A DNA stretch of 64,000 nucleotides from an uncultured Gemmatimonadales bacterium (GTDB lineage Bacteria; Gemmatimonadota; Gemmatimonadetes; Gemmatimonadales; GWC2-71-9), in contig CAWETL010000003.1 of the NCBI GenBank assembly GCA_963812085.1, positions 849,706-913,705 of the forward strand, in the 5' to 3' direction. Of the stretch, positions 28,997 to 37,636 are shown piece by piece. The notes beneath the pieces were generated by a model. That model ran no database searches. It worked only from the letters and a program-made list of their open reading frames with translations, and was not told the DNA's origin. Each line of letters opens with the position of its first letter. The stretch's first letter is position 1. A program made the translations under genes and the position numbers.

Positions 28997-30186
28997 CCGA
29001 CGCGTTCATCGTCTCGGCGGTGCGGACGCCGATCGGGCGCGCCGGCGGCGCGCTCGCGGGCGTGCGGCCGGACGACCTCGCGGCGCTCGCGGTGGGCGCC
29101 GCGGTCGAGCGCGGCCGCCTGCCGGCGGCCCGCCTCGACGACGTGATCCTCGGCTGCGCCAACCAGGCGGGGGAGGACAACCGCAACGTGGCGCGCATGG
29201 CGCTCCTGCTGGCGGGATTGCCGGTCGAGGTGCCGGGCCAGACCGTGAACCGGCTCTGCGGCTCCGGGCTCCAGGCGGTGGCCAGCGCGGCGCAGGCCAT
29301 CAAGGCCGGCGAGGGACACCTGTTCGTGGCCGGCGGCGTCGAGAGCATGACCCGCTCCCCCTACGTGACCCTCAAGACCGGCACCGCATGGGACCGCGCC
29401 ACGCCGCAGGTGGCCGACACCACCCTCGGCTGGCGCTTCGTCAATCCCCGGATGCCCGCGGACTGGACCATCTCGCTCGGGCAGACGGCGGAACGCGTCG
29501 CCCAGCTGCACGGCGTGTCGCGCGCGGACCAGGACGCGTTCGCCGCAGAGAGCCAGCGCCGCGCACAGGCGGCGATCGCCGCGGGGCATTTCGCGGCGGA
29601 GCTGGTACCCGTGCCGGTCACGGGGCCCGCCCCGCTGGTCACGGCGGACGAGCACCCCCGCGCCGGGGTGACCGTCGAGGGACTCGCCAAGCTCGCTCCG
29701 GCCTTCGCCAAGGGCGGGACCGCCACCGCCGGCAACTCGAGCGGCATCAACGACGGTGCCTCCGCGCTGGGCGTGGCGAGCGCCGAGGCGGTCGGCGAGC
29801 ACGAGCTGAGCCCGATGGCCCGGATCGTCGGCACGGCCGTCGCGGGCGTCGACCCCAGCTGCATGGGGCTCGGCCCCATCCCCGCCACACAGAAGCTCCT
29901 CGCGCGGCTCGGCCTCACGGTGGCGGATCTCGACCTCGTGGAACTGAACGAGGCGTTCGCGGCCCAGGCGATCCCCTGTATCCGGGAGCTCGGCCTCGAC
30001 CCGACGAAGGTGAACGTCTCGGGCGGCGCGATCGCGCTGGGACACCCACTCGGCGCCAGCGGCGCGCGGATGGTGACGACCCTGGTCCATGGGCTTCGTC
30101 GCACCGGCGGCCGCTACGGACTCGCGACCATGTGCATCGGGGTGGGACAGGGAATCGCCATGGTCGTCGAACGCGTCGAGGGCTGA
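28993..30186 (+). CDS. Acetyl-CoA C-acyltransferase (thiolase)
   Basis: GTG 28993 overlaps the ALDH TGA. Shows [56 protein letters not shown]. Confidence 0.9.
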   Translation: MTDAFIVSAVRTPIGRAGGALAGVRPDDLAALAVGAAVERGRLPAARLDDVILGCANQAGEDNRNVARMALLLAGLPVEVPGQTVNRLCGSGLQAVASAAQAIKAGEGHLFVAGGVESMTRSPYVTLKTGTAWDRATPQVADTTLGWRFVNPRMPADWTISLGQTAERVAQLHGVSRADQDAFAAESQRRAQAAIAAGHFAAELVPVPVTGPAPLVTADEHPRAGVTVEGLAKLAPAFAKGGTATAGNSSGINDGASALGVASAEAVGEHELSPMARIVGTAVAGVDPSCMGLGPIPATQKLLARLGLTVADLDLVELNEAFAAQAIPCIRELGLDPTKVNVSGGAIALGHPLGASGARMVTTLVHGLRRTGGRYGLATMCIGVGQGIAMVVERVEG

Positions 30187-30189
30187 GCC

Positions 30190-31020
30190 ATGGACCTCAC
30201 CGGCGCCAACGCTGGCAATTCGCAGACGATGCTGGAACACGGGGTGACGACCACCGTTACCGATGGCGTGGGCACGATCACGCTCAACCGCCCCGAACGG
30301 CTCAACGCCTTCGACGTCGAGATGCTCGAGGACCTGGCCAGTGCGGTGCGCGGCTTCGTCGCCGACGACGCGGTGCGGGCCATCGTCCTGACCGGCGCGG
30401 GCCGCGGGTTCTGCGCCGGGGCCGACCTGGGGCGGCTCGACGGAGCACCCGGCGCGGTCGATGAGGCGTACGCGATGGCGCTGGTCCGGGCCGGTTCAGA
30501 GGCGGTCCAGCTGCTGCACCGCGCTTCCAAGCCGGTGCTGGCCAGCCTCAACGGACCTGCGGCGGGCGGTGGAGTGGGCCTGGCCCTGGCCTGCGATCTC
30601 CGGATCGCCGCCGAGAGCGCCTCCCTCGGGCTGGTGTTCCACCGGCTCGGGCTGCACCCCGACCTCGGCACGAGCTGGTTCGTACCGCGGCTGGCGGGCA
30701 GCGCGGCCGCGCTCGAGCTGTTCTGGACCCCCCGGATGCTCGCGGCGAGCCGGTGCATGGAACTCGGGCTGGTGAACCGGGTGGTCCCGGACGAGCGGCT
30801 GGCGCACGACACGGCGCAGTGGGCCGCGCGGCTGGCGGCGCTCCCCCCGATCGCCGCGCGGCTGGCCAAGCGGGCGGTGCGCGAGGCGGAATCGACGACG
30901 CTCGCGGAATCGCTGATCATCGAGGCGCGCCATTGCCAGGAGTGTTTTCGCAGCGCGGACGCCGCCGAAGGGCTGGAGGCCTACCGCGCCAATCGGATTC
31001 CTGAATTTCACGGACGGTGA
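30190..31020 (+). CDS. Enoyl-CoA hydratase/isomerase family
   Basis: ITLNRPERLNAF, LTGAGRGFCAGADL, NGPAAGGGVGLALACD. Confidence 0.8.
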   Translation: MDLTGANAGNSQTMLEHGVTTTVTDGVGTITLNRPERLNAFDVEMLEDLASAVRGFVADDAVRAIVLTGAGRGFCAGADLGRLDGAPGAVDEAYAMALVRAGSEAVQLLHRASKPVLASLNGPAAGGGVGLALACDLRIAAESASLGLVFHRLGLHPDLGTSWFVPRLAGSAAALELFWTPRMLAASRCMELGLVNRVVPDERLAHDTAQWAARLAALPPIAARLAKRAVREAESTTLAESLIIEARHCQECFRSADAAEGLEAYRANRIPEFHGR

Positions 31021-31028
31021 GGAACGCA

Positions 31029-32159
31029 ATGCGGAAAGTCAACAACTTCGACGACTGGATCGATTACTTCCGCTACTGGCAGGATTCGATCGGCATTTCC
31101 GAGAAGGAGATGGCCGGCACGCCGTTCCGGAAGGTCGGCTTCGACGCCAAGTTCGGCGAGCCGGAGGCGGAGACCATCGAGTTCGGGCACTACAAGGGCC
31201 AGACCAAGTGGCCCACCATCATGCACATCCCCGACCAGCGGATCCGGGACGCGCTGCTCAACCTGATCGTCTTCCAGGGCGACACCGAGTTCGCCTCCGT
31301 GGAGCAGCAGCGCGCGCTCCTCGAGCGGGCGCCCAGCGACTACGACCTCTTTTCCCTCATGCGCGTCATGAGCGAGGAGATGCGGCACGGCTGGCAGATG
31401 TCCTACCTCCTCTGCACCTACTTCGGCGACGAGGGCAAACGCGAGGCCCAGAAGCTCCTCGACCGCCGCGCGGAAGAGGGCGAGCGGCTCCTCGGCTCCT
31501 TCAACGAGATCGTCGAGAACTGGCTCGACTTCTTCACCTACACCCAGTTCATCGACCGCGACGGCAAGTTCCAGCTCAAGATGCTGTCCACCTCCTCGTT
31601 CCACCCGCTGGCCCGCTCGATGGGCCCGATGCTGAAGGAGGAGAGCTTTCACCTCGGCACCGGCAACAACGGCCTCCTCCGCATCCTGCGGGCAGGCCGG
31701 GTGCCGCCCGAGGTCGTGCAGCGCTACTTCAACAAGTGGGTGCCGACGGCGTTCGACCTCTTCGGCACCGACAACTCCTCCAGCGCGCACTGGGCCTACG
31801 TGTGGGGCCTCAAGGGCCGGTTCGACGAGCGCGAAACCGAGGAAGGGGTGAACATCGCGCACCTCAACGAGGCCAGCCGCGAGCTGTACCGGCAGGAGAT
31901 CACCCGCCTGGTCCAGCGGCTCAACACCGTCATCGGCGACCCGGCGCAGCACCTGCTCATTCCGGACACCAAGTTCAACCGGAAGATCGGGCTCTACGCC
32001 CGCCAGCATTACACCATCACGGGCGAGCCCGTCGACGCCGACAAGTACGCGGCCTACCTCCAGTCGGTCGTGCCCAACGACGCCGACCGGACGCTGCTGA
32101 AGGACCTGCTCGACGAGCCGGACTGGATCGAGATGCGGAAGCTGGAGGAGAACAACTGA
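31029..32159 (+). CDS. Ferritin-like diiron oxygenase resembling benzoyl-CoA oxygenase component B (BoxB family), shortened
   Basis: GAGGA RBS 5 nt before ATG 31029. Shows QGDTEFASVEQQR, EEMRHG (ExxH), IDRDGKFQL, KEESFHLG (ExxH). About 376 aa versus about 470 recalled for BoxB. Confidence 0.55.
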   Translation: MRKVNNFDDWIDYFRYWQDSIGISEKEMAGTPFRKVGFDAKFGEPEAETIEFGHYKGQTKWPTIMHIPDQRIRDALLNLIVFQGDTEFASVEQQRALLERAPSDYDLFSLMRVMSEEMRHGWQMSYLLCTYFGDEGKREAQKLLDRRAEEGERLLGSFNEIVENWLDFFTYTQFIDRDGKFQLKMLSTSSFHPLARSMGPMLKEESFHLGTGNNGLLRILRAGRVPPEVVQRYFNKWVPTAFDLFGTDNSSSAHWAYVWGLKGRFDERETEEGVNIAHLNEASRELYRQEITRLVQRLNTVIGDPAQHLLIPDTKFNRKIGLYARQHYTITGEPVDADKYAAYLQSVVPNDADRTLLKDLLDEPDWIEMRKLEENN

Positions 32160-32170
32160 CGCGGCCGCTG

Positions 32171-32830
32171 GTGATCGCCCACCGGGGCGCCTCCGGCTAC
32201 GCGTTCGAGAACTCCCCCGCGGCCTTTCGGGAGGCGGTGGCGCGGGGCGTGGACGGGGTCGAGCTCGACGTCCACGCCACCGCCGACGGCGGCATCGTGG
32301 TGCATCACGACCCCGTCCTGACCGGCGGGCGGCCGCTCGACTCGGTGACCCTCGCCGAGGCCACGAGCACCGTCCTTCCGAACGGGGAGCCGGTCCCGAC
32401 GCTGGCCCAGGCGCTCGAACTGATCGGCGACCGCGACGTCTGGGTCGAGGTGAAGGCGCTCCCGCCGGTCTTCGACGCCCGTCTCCTGGCCATCCTCGAC
32501 GCCGGTCCCTACCCTGCCCGGTACGCCGTCCACAGCTTCGACCACCGGATCACGGCCCGGCTCGGGCGCCTTCGTCCGAAGCTGGCGCTCGGCGCACTGC
32601 TCGTGGCCCGCGTGGTGGACCCGGTCGCAGTGCTCCGCGCCTCCGGGGCCACCACGCTGTGGCAGGACTGGACGATGATCGACCAGGCGCTCGTGGACGC
32701 GGTGCACGCCGCCGGCGGGCGGGTCATCGCGTGGACAGTCAACGACCCCGCGGCCAGGGCCGTCCTGGCCCACATGGGGGTGGACGGCCTCTGCGGCAAT
32801 TTCCCGGATCGCCTGCAGGAGACGGCGTGA
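32171..32830 (+). CDS. Glycerophosphodiester phosphodiesterase (GDPD/UgpQ-like)
   Basis: VIAHRGASGYAFENS...GVELDVH...HHD motifs. No ATG available; start is either GTG 32171 or CTG 32156, just after the upstream TGA. Confidence 0.7.
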   Translation: MIAHRGASGYAFENSPAAFREAVARGVDGVELDVHATADGGIVVHHDPVLTGGRPLDSVTLAEATSTVLPNGEPVPTLAQALELIGDRDVWVEVKALPPVFDARLLAILDAGPYPARYAVHSFDHRITARLGRLRPKLALGALLVARVVDPVAVLRASGATTLWQDWTMIDQALVDAVHAAGGRVIAWTVNDPAARAVLAHMGVDGLCGNFPDRLQETA

Positions 32831-33693
32831 GCGGACTCCCGACCCGGGTGGCGGTCATCGGCGCCGGCACCATGGGCGTCGGCATCGCCCAGGCGACCGC
32901 CGCCGCCGGCTGGCCCACCACGCTGACCGACACCCGCGCCGCGGCACTCGACGGCGCGCTCGACCGCATCGCCAAGACGCTCGACGGGGCCGTGCAGCGG
33001 GGCAAGCTCGACGCTGCGGGCCGCGACGCCATCCTGGGCCGGCTCCGGACGGCCCCGGGCATTCGCGCCGCATGCGAGGGCGCCGACCTCGTCATCGAGG
33101 CGGTGGTCGAGGACCTCGACGCCAAGCGCGACGTCCTGAGCCAGGGCAGCGACTGGGCCGAACCGCACGCCCTGCTGGCCACCAACACCTCCTCGCTCTC
33201 GATCGCCGACATCGCCCGGGACATGCCCAGGCCCGAGCGGGTGGTGGGGCTCCACTTCTTCAATCCGGTCCACGTCATGAAGCTGGTGGAGATCGTCCTC
33301 CACGACGGTTCCGACGCGACCGCGCGCGCCGATGCGCTCGCCGTGGTCCAGGCGATGGGCAAGGAGCCCATCGTGGTGAAGGACTCGCCCGGCTTCGCGT
33401 CGAGCCGGCTCGGCATCGCCCTCGGGCTGGAAGCCATGCGCATGCTCGAGGAAGGCGTGGCCAGCGCCGCCGACATCGACCGCGCCATGGAACTGGGATA
33501 CAACCACCCGATGGGCCCGCTCAAGCTGACCGACCTGGTCGGTCTCGACGTCCGGCTCCGCATCGCCGAGTACCTGCACAAGACGCTGGGGGGCGAGCGG
33601 TTCGCCCCTCCGGCCATCCTCCGCCGCCTCGTGTCCGAAGGCAAGCTGGGCAAGAAGAGCGGCCATGGCTTCTACGACTGGCCCACCCAATGA
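32827..33693 (+). CDS. 3-hydroxyacyl/3-hydroxybutyryl-CoA dehydrogenase
   Basis: GTGA overlap start. Shows VAVIGAGTMGVGIA, NTSSLSI, GLHFFNPV, SPGFASSR, GKKSGHGFYDW. Confidence 0.9.
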   Translation: MSGLPTRVAVIGAGTMGVGIAQATAAAGWPTTLTDTRAAALDGALDRIAKTLDGAVQRGKLDAAGRDAILGRLRTAPGIRAACEGADLVIEAVVEDLDAKRDVLSQGSDWAEPHALLATNTSSLSIADIARDMPRPERVVGLHFFNPVHVMKLVEIVLHDGSDATARADALAVVQAMGKEPIVVKDSPGFASSRLGIALGLEAMRMLEEGVASAADIDRAMELGYNHPMGPLKLTDLVGLDVRLRIAEYLHKTLGGERFAPPAILRRLVSEGKLGKKSGHGFYDWPTQ

Positions 33694-34473
33694 GCGCCTC
33701 CACGAACGTCCTCTGCGACATCCAGCAGCGCGTGGCCCTGGTCACGATCAACCGGCCCGACAAGCGCAATGCGCTCGACGGCCCCACCCGCGCCCGCCTG
33801 CTCGAGATCCTCGACGAACTCTCGGCCAACACCGAGGTGCGCGCCGTGGTGCTGACCGGGGCCGGCGACAAGGCGTTCGTGGCCGGCGCCGACATCGCCG
33901 AGTTCGAGGGGCGGAGCCCCATCGACCAGTTCCGCGTCATGTCGGGCCGGACGATCTTCGACGCGGTGGAGGCGTTCCCCAAGCCGGTCATCGCCGCGCT
34001 CAACGGCTTTACCCTCGGGGGCGGCTGCGAGCTCGCCATGGCGTGCGACATCCGCCTCGCGGCGGACACCGCCAGGCTCGGTCAGCCGGAGGTGAACCTC
34101 GGCATCATCCCGGGCGGCGGCGGCACCCAGCGCCTGCCGCGGCTGGTCGGCACCGGCATGGCGTACAAGCTGCTGTACACCGGCGACCTGATCGACGCGA
34201 ACGAGGCGCTCCGCATCGGCCTGGTGGACGAGGTCGTGCCGGCGGCGGAACTGCGCAGCCGGGCGCTCGCGCTTGCCGCCGGCATCGCGGAGAAGAGCCC
34301 GGTCGCGCTGCAGCTGATCAAGGAGGCGGTGCGCGCCTCGCTGCGCGTCCCGCTGGACGAGGGGCTGCCGGCAGGAGCGGACCCTGTTCGGGCTGGCGTT
34401 CGCCAGCGAGGACAAGGCGGAGGGCGTGGCGGCGTTTCTCGGGAAGCGGAAGGCGGAGTTCAGGGGAAGGTGA
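33690..34473 (+). CDS. Enoyl-CoA hydratase (crotonase) with an apparent +1 frameshift near 34366-34372
   Basis: ATGA overlap start. [42 protein letters not shown]. The expected C-terminus [32 protein letters not shown]-stop lies in the +1 frame after LDEGL. Confidence 0.85.
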
Positions 34474-34660
34474 CCGCGCGGCGGGGAGGCGGGGAAGAAA
34501 CGACAAAGATGCAAGGCGGAGACCGACGCAGGGAATGGTCCGGAGGGGAGTCAGTGAGCGGTCGGGTGATGTTGCCAACTCGCCGATCGCTCGCGAACTG
34601 CTCCTCCCCGGAGGACCATCCCCAGGAGGCCGACGCAAGGCCAAACGCCAAAGGGCCAGC

Positions 34661-35518
34661 ATGAGCTATCCGATCACCGACCAGCACATCCACATTCAGC
34701 CGTGGCGGCAGCTCAAGCCGGCGGTGGCGGATGTCATGCGCGTAGGCAAGGAAGCGCACTGGGACCGGCTGATCGCGCTGATGGACGACCCCAAGGCGCT
34801 GCTCGAGGTCATGGACGCCTCCGGCGTCTGGCGGGTGGCGCTGATCAACTACCCGAGCCCCGACCTCATGGGGTTCGACAACTCGACGAACGACTTCTCC
34901 GCGCGCTACGCACAGGCCGACCCGGAACGGATCATGCCCTTTGGCGGGGTTCATCCCCGGTTCACCACCGACCCCGAGGGGGACGTGGACCGGCTGGTCG
35001 ACCTCGGCATCCGCTGCCTCAAGATCCATCCACCGCACCAGCTCTTTCCCGCGAACGCCTACACCGAGGGGCTCGCGGCGCTCGGGCGCATCTACCGGCG
35101 GTGCGAGGAGCGCGGCCTGCCGGTCCTGATCCACACCGGCACCAGCATCTTCCCCGGGGCGCGCTCGAAGTGGGGCAACCCCCTCGAGGTGGACGACGTC
35201 GCGATCGACTTCCCCGACCTGACGATTCTCATCGCCCACGGCGGCCGGCCGCTCTGGATGGAGGAGGCGTTCTTCGTGCTGCGGCGGCACAAGAACGTGC
35301 ACCTCGAGGTCTCCGGGATCCCGCCGGCCCGCCTGCTGGAGTATTTTCCGCGCCTCGGGGAGATCAGCGCCAAGACCGTGTGGGGCACCGACTGGCCGAG
35401 CCCCGGCGTGCACGACCTGCGGCACAACCTCGACCAGTTCCTTGCCCTGCCGCTGGCCCCGCCGGTCCAGCGGGCCATCCTGTCGGACAACAGCCTGCGT
35501 CTCTTCCCGCGTCGTTAG
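34661..35518 (+). CDS. Amidohydrolase_2 (TIM-barrel metal-dependent hydrolase) family protein
   Basis: MSYPITDQHIHIQPW..., IHPPHQ, LIHTG, IAHGG, WGTDWP motifs. Confidence 0.75.
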   Translation: MSYPITDQHIHIQPWRQLKPAVADVMRVGKEAHWDRLIALMDDPKALLEVMDASGVWRVALINYPSPDLMGFDNSTNDFSARYAQADPERIMPFGGVHPRFTTDPEGDVDRLVDLGIRCLKIHPPHQLFPANAYTEGLAALGRIYRRCEERGLPVLIHTGTSIFPGARSKWGNPLEVDDVAIDFPDLTILIAHGGRPLWMEEAFFVLRRHKNVHLEVSGIPPARLLEYFPRLGEISAKTVWGTDWPSPGVHDLRHNLDQFLALPLAPPVQRAILSDNSLRLFPRR

Positions 35519-35555
35519 CCGGGAACCGGGGCGCCTCACACCCTGGAGTCACGCC

Positions 35556-36272
35556 ATGCACCTGAGCCCGCGCATCCTCCTGACCGCCGCCTCGCTCGTC
35601 CTCGCCGCGCCGCTCGCCGCGCAGGCGGGATTGCCGGTCGAGAAGAAGGACCTCGTGCCCCACCGAGACAGCATGGTGGTGCTGGTCAACGGGCAGCCGA
35701 AAGGCGCGAGCGTCACGTCACTCGCCAAGAACGGCACCGGCTTCAGCTATCACGAGCAGACGGTCATCGGCACCCTCATGGAGCAGTCCACGATGGTGCA
35801 GCTCTCTCCCGACGGCCAGGCGGAACGAGTCTCCCAGTCCGGGACCGCCCGCGGGATGCCGGGGAGCATCGAGATCACCTACGCGGGCGGGCGGGTGGCC
35901 GGAAAGGTCCAGGCCGTGACGGCCGACGGACCCAACGCGTTCTCGGTGGACACCACGCTGCCAGCGGGAACCGTGGACGACAACTCGCTGCAGGCGCTGC
36001 TCCCCGCGCTGCCGTGGGCCGATGCGGCCGGATGGGAATTTCCGATGTACAGCGCGGGGACGAACCAGGTGACCCAGATGACGCTGCGCGTGGTGGGATC
36101 CCAGACGGCGATGGTGCCGGCCGGGGCCTTCGACGCCTACCGGGCCGAACTCTCCGGCGGCGGCAGCCTGGTGGCGTTCCTGATCCTCAAGCGGAAGCCG
36201 CACACGGTGCTGATGGTCGAGATGGCCGGAGCCCCCCTCCGGTTCGAGCTGGTGTCCGGCGGGGGGCTCTGA
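35556..36272 (+). CDS. Secreted hypothetical protein
   Basis: Internal ATG 35556 with signal peptide MHLSPRILLTAASLVLAAPLAAQA. Coding-like composition; no family recognised. Confidence 0.55.
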   Translation: MHLSPRILLTAASLVLAAPLAAQAGLPVEKKDLVPHRDSMVVLVNGQPKGASVTSLAKNGTGFSYHEQTVIGTLMEQSTMVQLSPDGQAERVSQSGTARGMPGSIEITYAGGRVAGKVQAVTADGPNAFSVDTTLPAGTVDDNSLQALLPALPWADAAGWEFPMYSAGTNQVTQMTLRVVGSQTAMVPAGAFDAYRAELSGGGSLVAFLILKRKPHTVLMVEMAGAPLRFELVSGGGL

Positions 36273-36274
36273 GG

Positions 36275-36637
36275 TCAGTCCTGCGCGTTGCTCTCCGAAG
36301 CGACATCTGAGGCCGCCTCGGCTGCACTGGAATCTGGCTCCGGCGTCTCCGACACCGACACGACCTCGGCCTTCTGGGTGGCGATCTGCGCCTCGAGCGA
36401 GGCGATCTGGGTTTCGAGGTCCCCGATCTTGAGGACCAGGGCATCGACCCGACGCTGGTCGGGGGCCACGCCCTTTTCGCGGTGGTAGGCGATCATGCCG
36501 AGGTCGCGGGCCGCGTTGTCGCGGCGGCGCTTGACCCTGAGGAGTTCGATTTGCAGCCGGCCCTCGTCGAGGGCGGCACCGGCCCGGCGGCCGAAGTTCT
36601 CGAGTTCCTGGTTCAGGCGGGAAAAGATGGACGCCAT
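36275..36637 (-). CDS. Hypothetical coiled-coil protein with acidic tail
   Basis: 120-aa heptad-like sequence (LKIGDLETQIASLEAQIATQKAEV). Convergent with the previous gene, stops 2 nt apart. Confidence 0.5.
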   Translation of the reverse strand: MASIFSRLNQELENFGRRAGAALDEGRLQIELLRVKRRRDNAARDLGMIAYHREKGVAPDQRRVDALVLKIGDLETQIASLEAQIATQKAEVVSVSETPEPDSSAAEAASDVASESNAQD

Positions 36638-36731
36638 ATGTGCTCCGAGTTCGGGATCAGCCAGCCTGACGGCCGGAGCGGTGCGAATGTTTCACTTCGA
36701 ACCTTCCCGGGGCCGTTGCCGGAATGAATAA

Positions 36732-36757
36732 GGGGATGCGGCGCCTGCCGCATCCCC
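36732..36757 (-). terminator. Intrinsic terminator-like hairpin after rpmA
   Basis: 11-bp perfect stem ggggatgcggc/gccgcatcccc with a 4-nt loop. On the minus strand it is followed by TTATTCATT. Confidence 0.6.
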
Positions 36758-36782
36758 TTGGTGCTTCGGGCCAGGCCGGGAC

Positions 36783-37049
36783 TCAGGCGCTGGCGGCTTC
36801 CGGGTACACCGAGACCTTTTTCCGGTTCTTGTCCCGGTACTCGAACTTCACGACGCCGTCGGCCATGGCGAAGAGCGTGTCGTCGCTCCCCTGCCCGACG
36901 TTCTTGCCGGCGTGGAACTTGGTTCCGCGCTGACGGACGATGATGTTGCCGGACACCACCCGCTCGCCCCCGAACTTCTTGATGCCGAGGTACTGCGGAT
37001 TGCTGTTCCGACCGTTGCGGCTGGAGCCGACGCCCTTTTTATGTGCCAT
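36783..37049 (-). CDS. rpmA: 50S ribosomal protein L27
   Basis: [29 protein letters not shown]... Confidence 0.95.
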   Translation of the reverse strand: MAHKKGVGSSRNGRNSNPQYLGIKKFGGERVVSGNIIVRQRGTKFHAGKNVGQGSDDTLFAMADGVVKFEYRDKNRKKVSVYPEAASA

Positions 37050-37056
37050 CCGAGCC

Positions 37057-37371
37057 TCACCCTACCTTGACGTCAGTGATGCGGACCTCGGTGAACTTCT
37101 GCCGATGACCCGTCTTGCGGCGATAGCCCTTCCGCCGCTTGAACTTGAACACGTAGATCTTGGGCTCCTTGCCATCCCCGACGACTTCGGCAGTCACCTT
37201 GGCGCCCTTGACCAGAGGCGTCCCGGCCTTGACCGTGGTCCCGTCGGAAGACAGGAGCACCTCGTCGAAGATGACCTTCGAGCCCGGCTCGGCGTCCATG
37301 AGGGGAAGGCGCACGACCTTGCCCTTCTCCGCACGGAACTGCTTGCCCAGGGCCTTGAAAATCGCGTACAT
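37057..37371 (-). CDS. rplU: 50S ribosomal protein L21
   Basis: [23 protein letters not shown]...[21 protein letters not shown]. Confidence 0.95.
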   Translation of the reverse strand: MYAIFKALGKQFRAEKGKVVRLPLMDAEPGSKVIFDEVLLSSDGTTVKAGTPLVKGAKVTAEVVGDGKEPKIYVFKFKRRKGYRRKTGHRQKFTEVRITDVKVG

Positions 37372-37483
37372 AAATCAACTCGTCGCCAAATGGTGGTTCC
37401 GCAGCAAGCCCAGAAGTCTAGTCGGGGGTGGGCGTTAGGTCAAGGAGTGGGGGCACGTCAGGTGAAGCCACCATTCGGCAGGG

Positions 37484-37553
37484 CGTCATCCCGGCGCAGG
37501 CCGGGATCCAGTTGCGGGAGGGACGATGGACCCCGGCTTTCGCCGGGGTGACG
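37484..37553. repeat. Palindromic intergenic repeat, family B (CGTCATCCCGGCGCAGGCCGGGATCC...GGACCCCGGCTTTCGCCGGGGTGACG)
   Basis: Terminal inverted repeat cgtcatcccggcg / cgccggggtgacg with inner pairing. Single copy in the window. Confidence 0.55.
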
Positions 37554-37562
37554 ATCGGTGGC

Positions 37563-37632
37563 CTGTCTGCCTCCCTATCCACCTGCCTCCCTGCCCACCT
37601 GCCTCGCCCTGCCTCCCTGCCCCCTGCCTCGC
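37563..37632 (-). repeat. G-tract tandem repeat (GGCAGGGAGGCAGG-like units on the minus strand) directly after the rng stop
   Basis: Plus strand ctgtctgcctccctatccacctgcctccctgcccacctgcctcgccctgcctccctgccccctgcctcgcc. On the rng sense strand this gives GGGGG/GGG runs with short loops. Confidence 0.7.
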
Positions 37633-37636
37633 CGCT

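Noticed and set aside
34474-34660. 187-nt gap before the amidohydrolase gene as a riboswitch or sRNA
   Set aside because: Only weak, imperfect complementarity (ggtccggagggga / tcctccccggaggacc) and no motif I recognise. Part of the gap may be an artefact of the crotonase frame break. Noted but not supportable.
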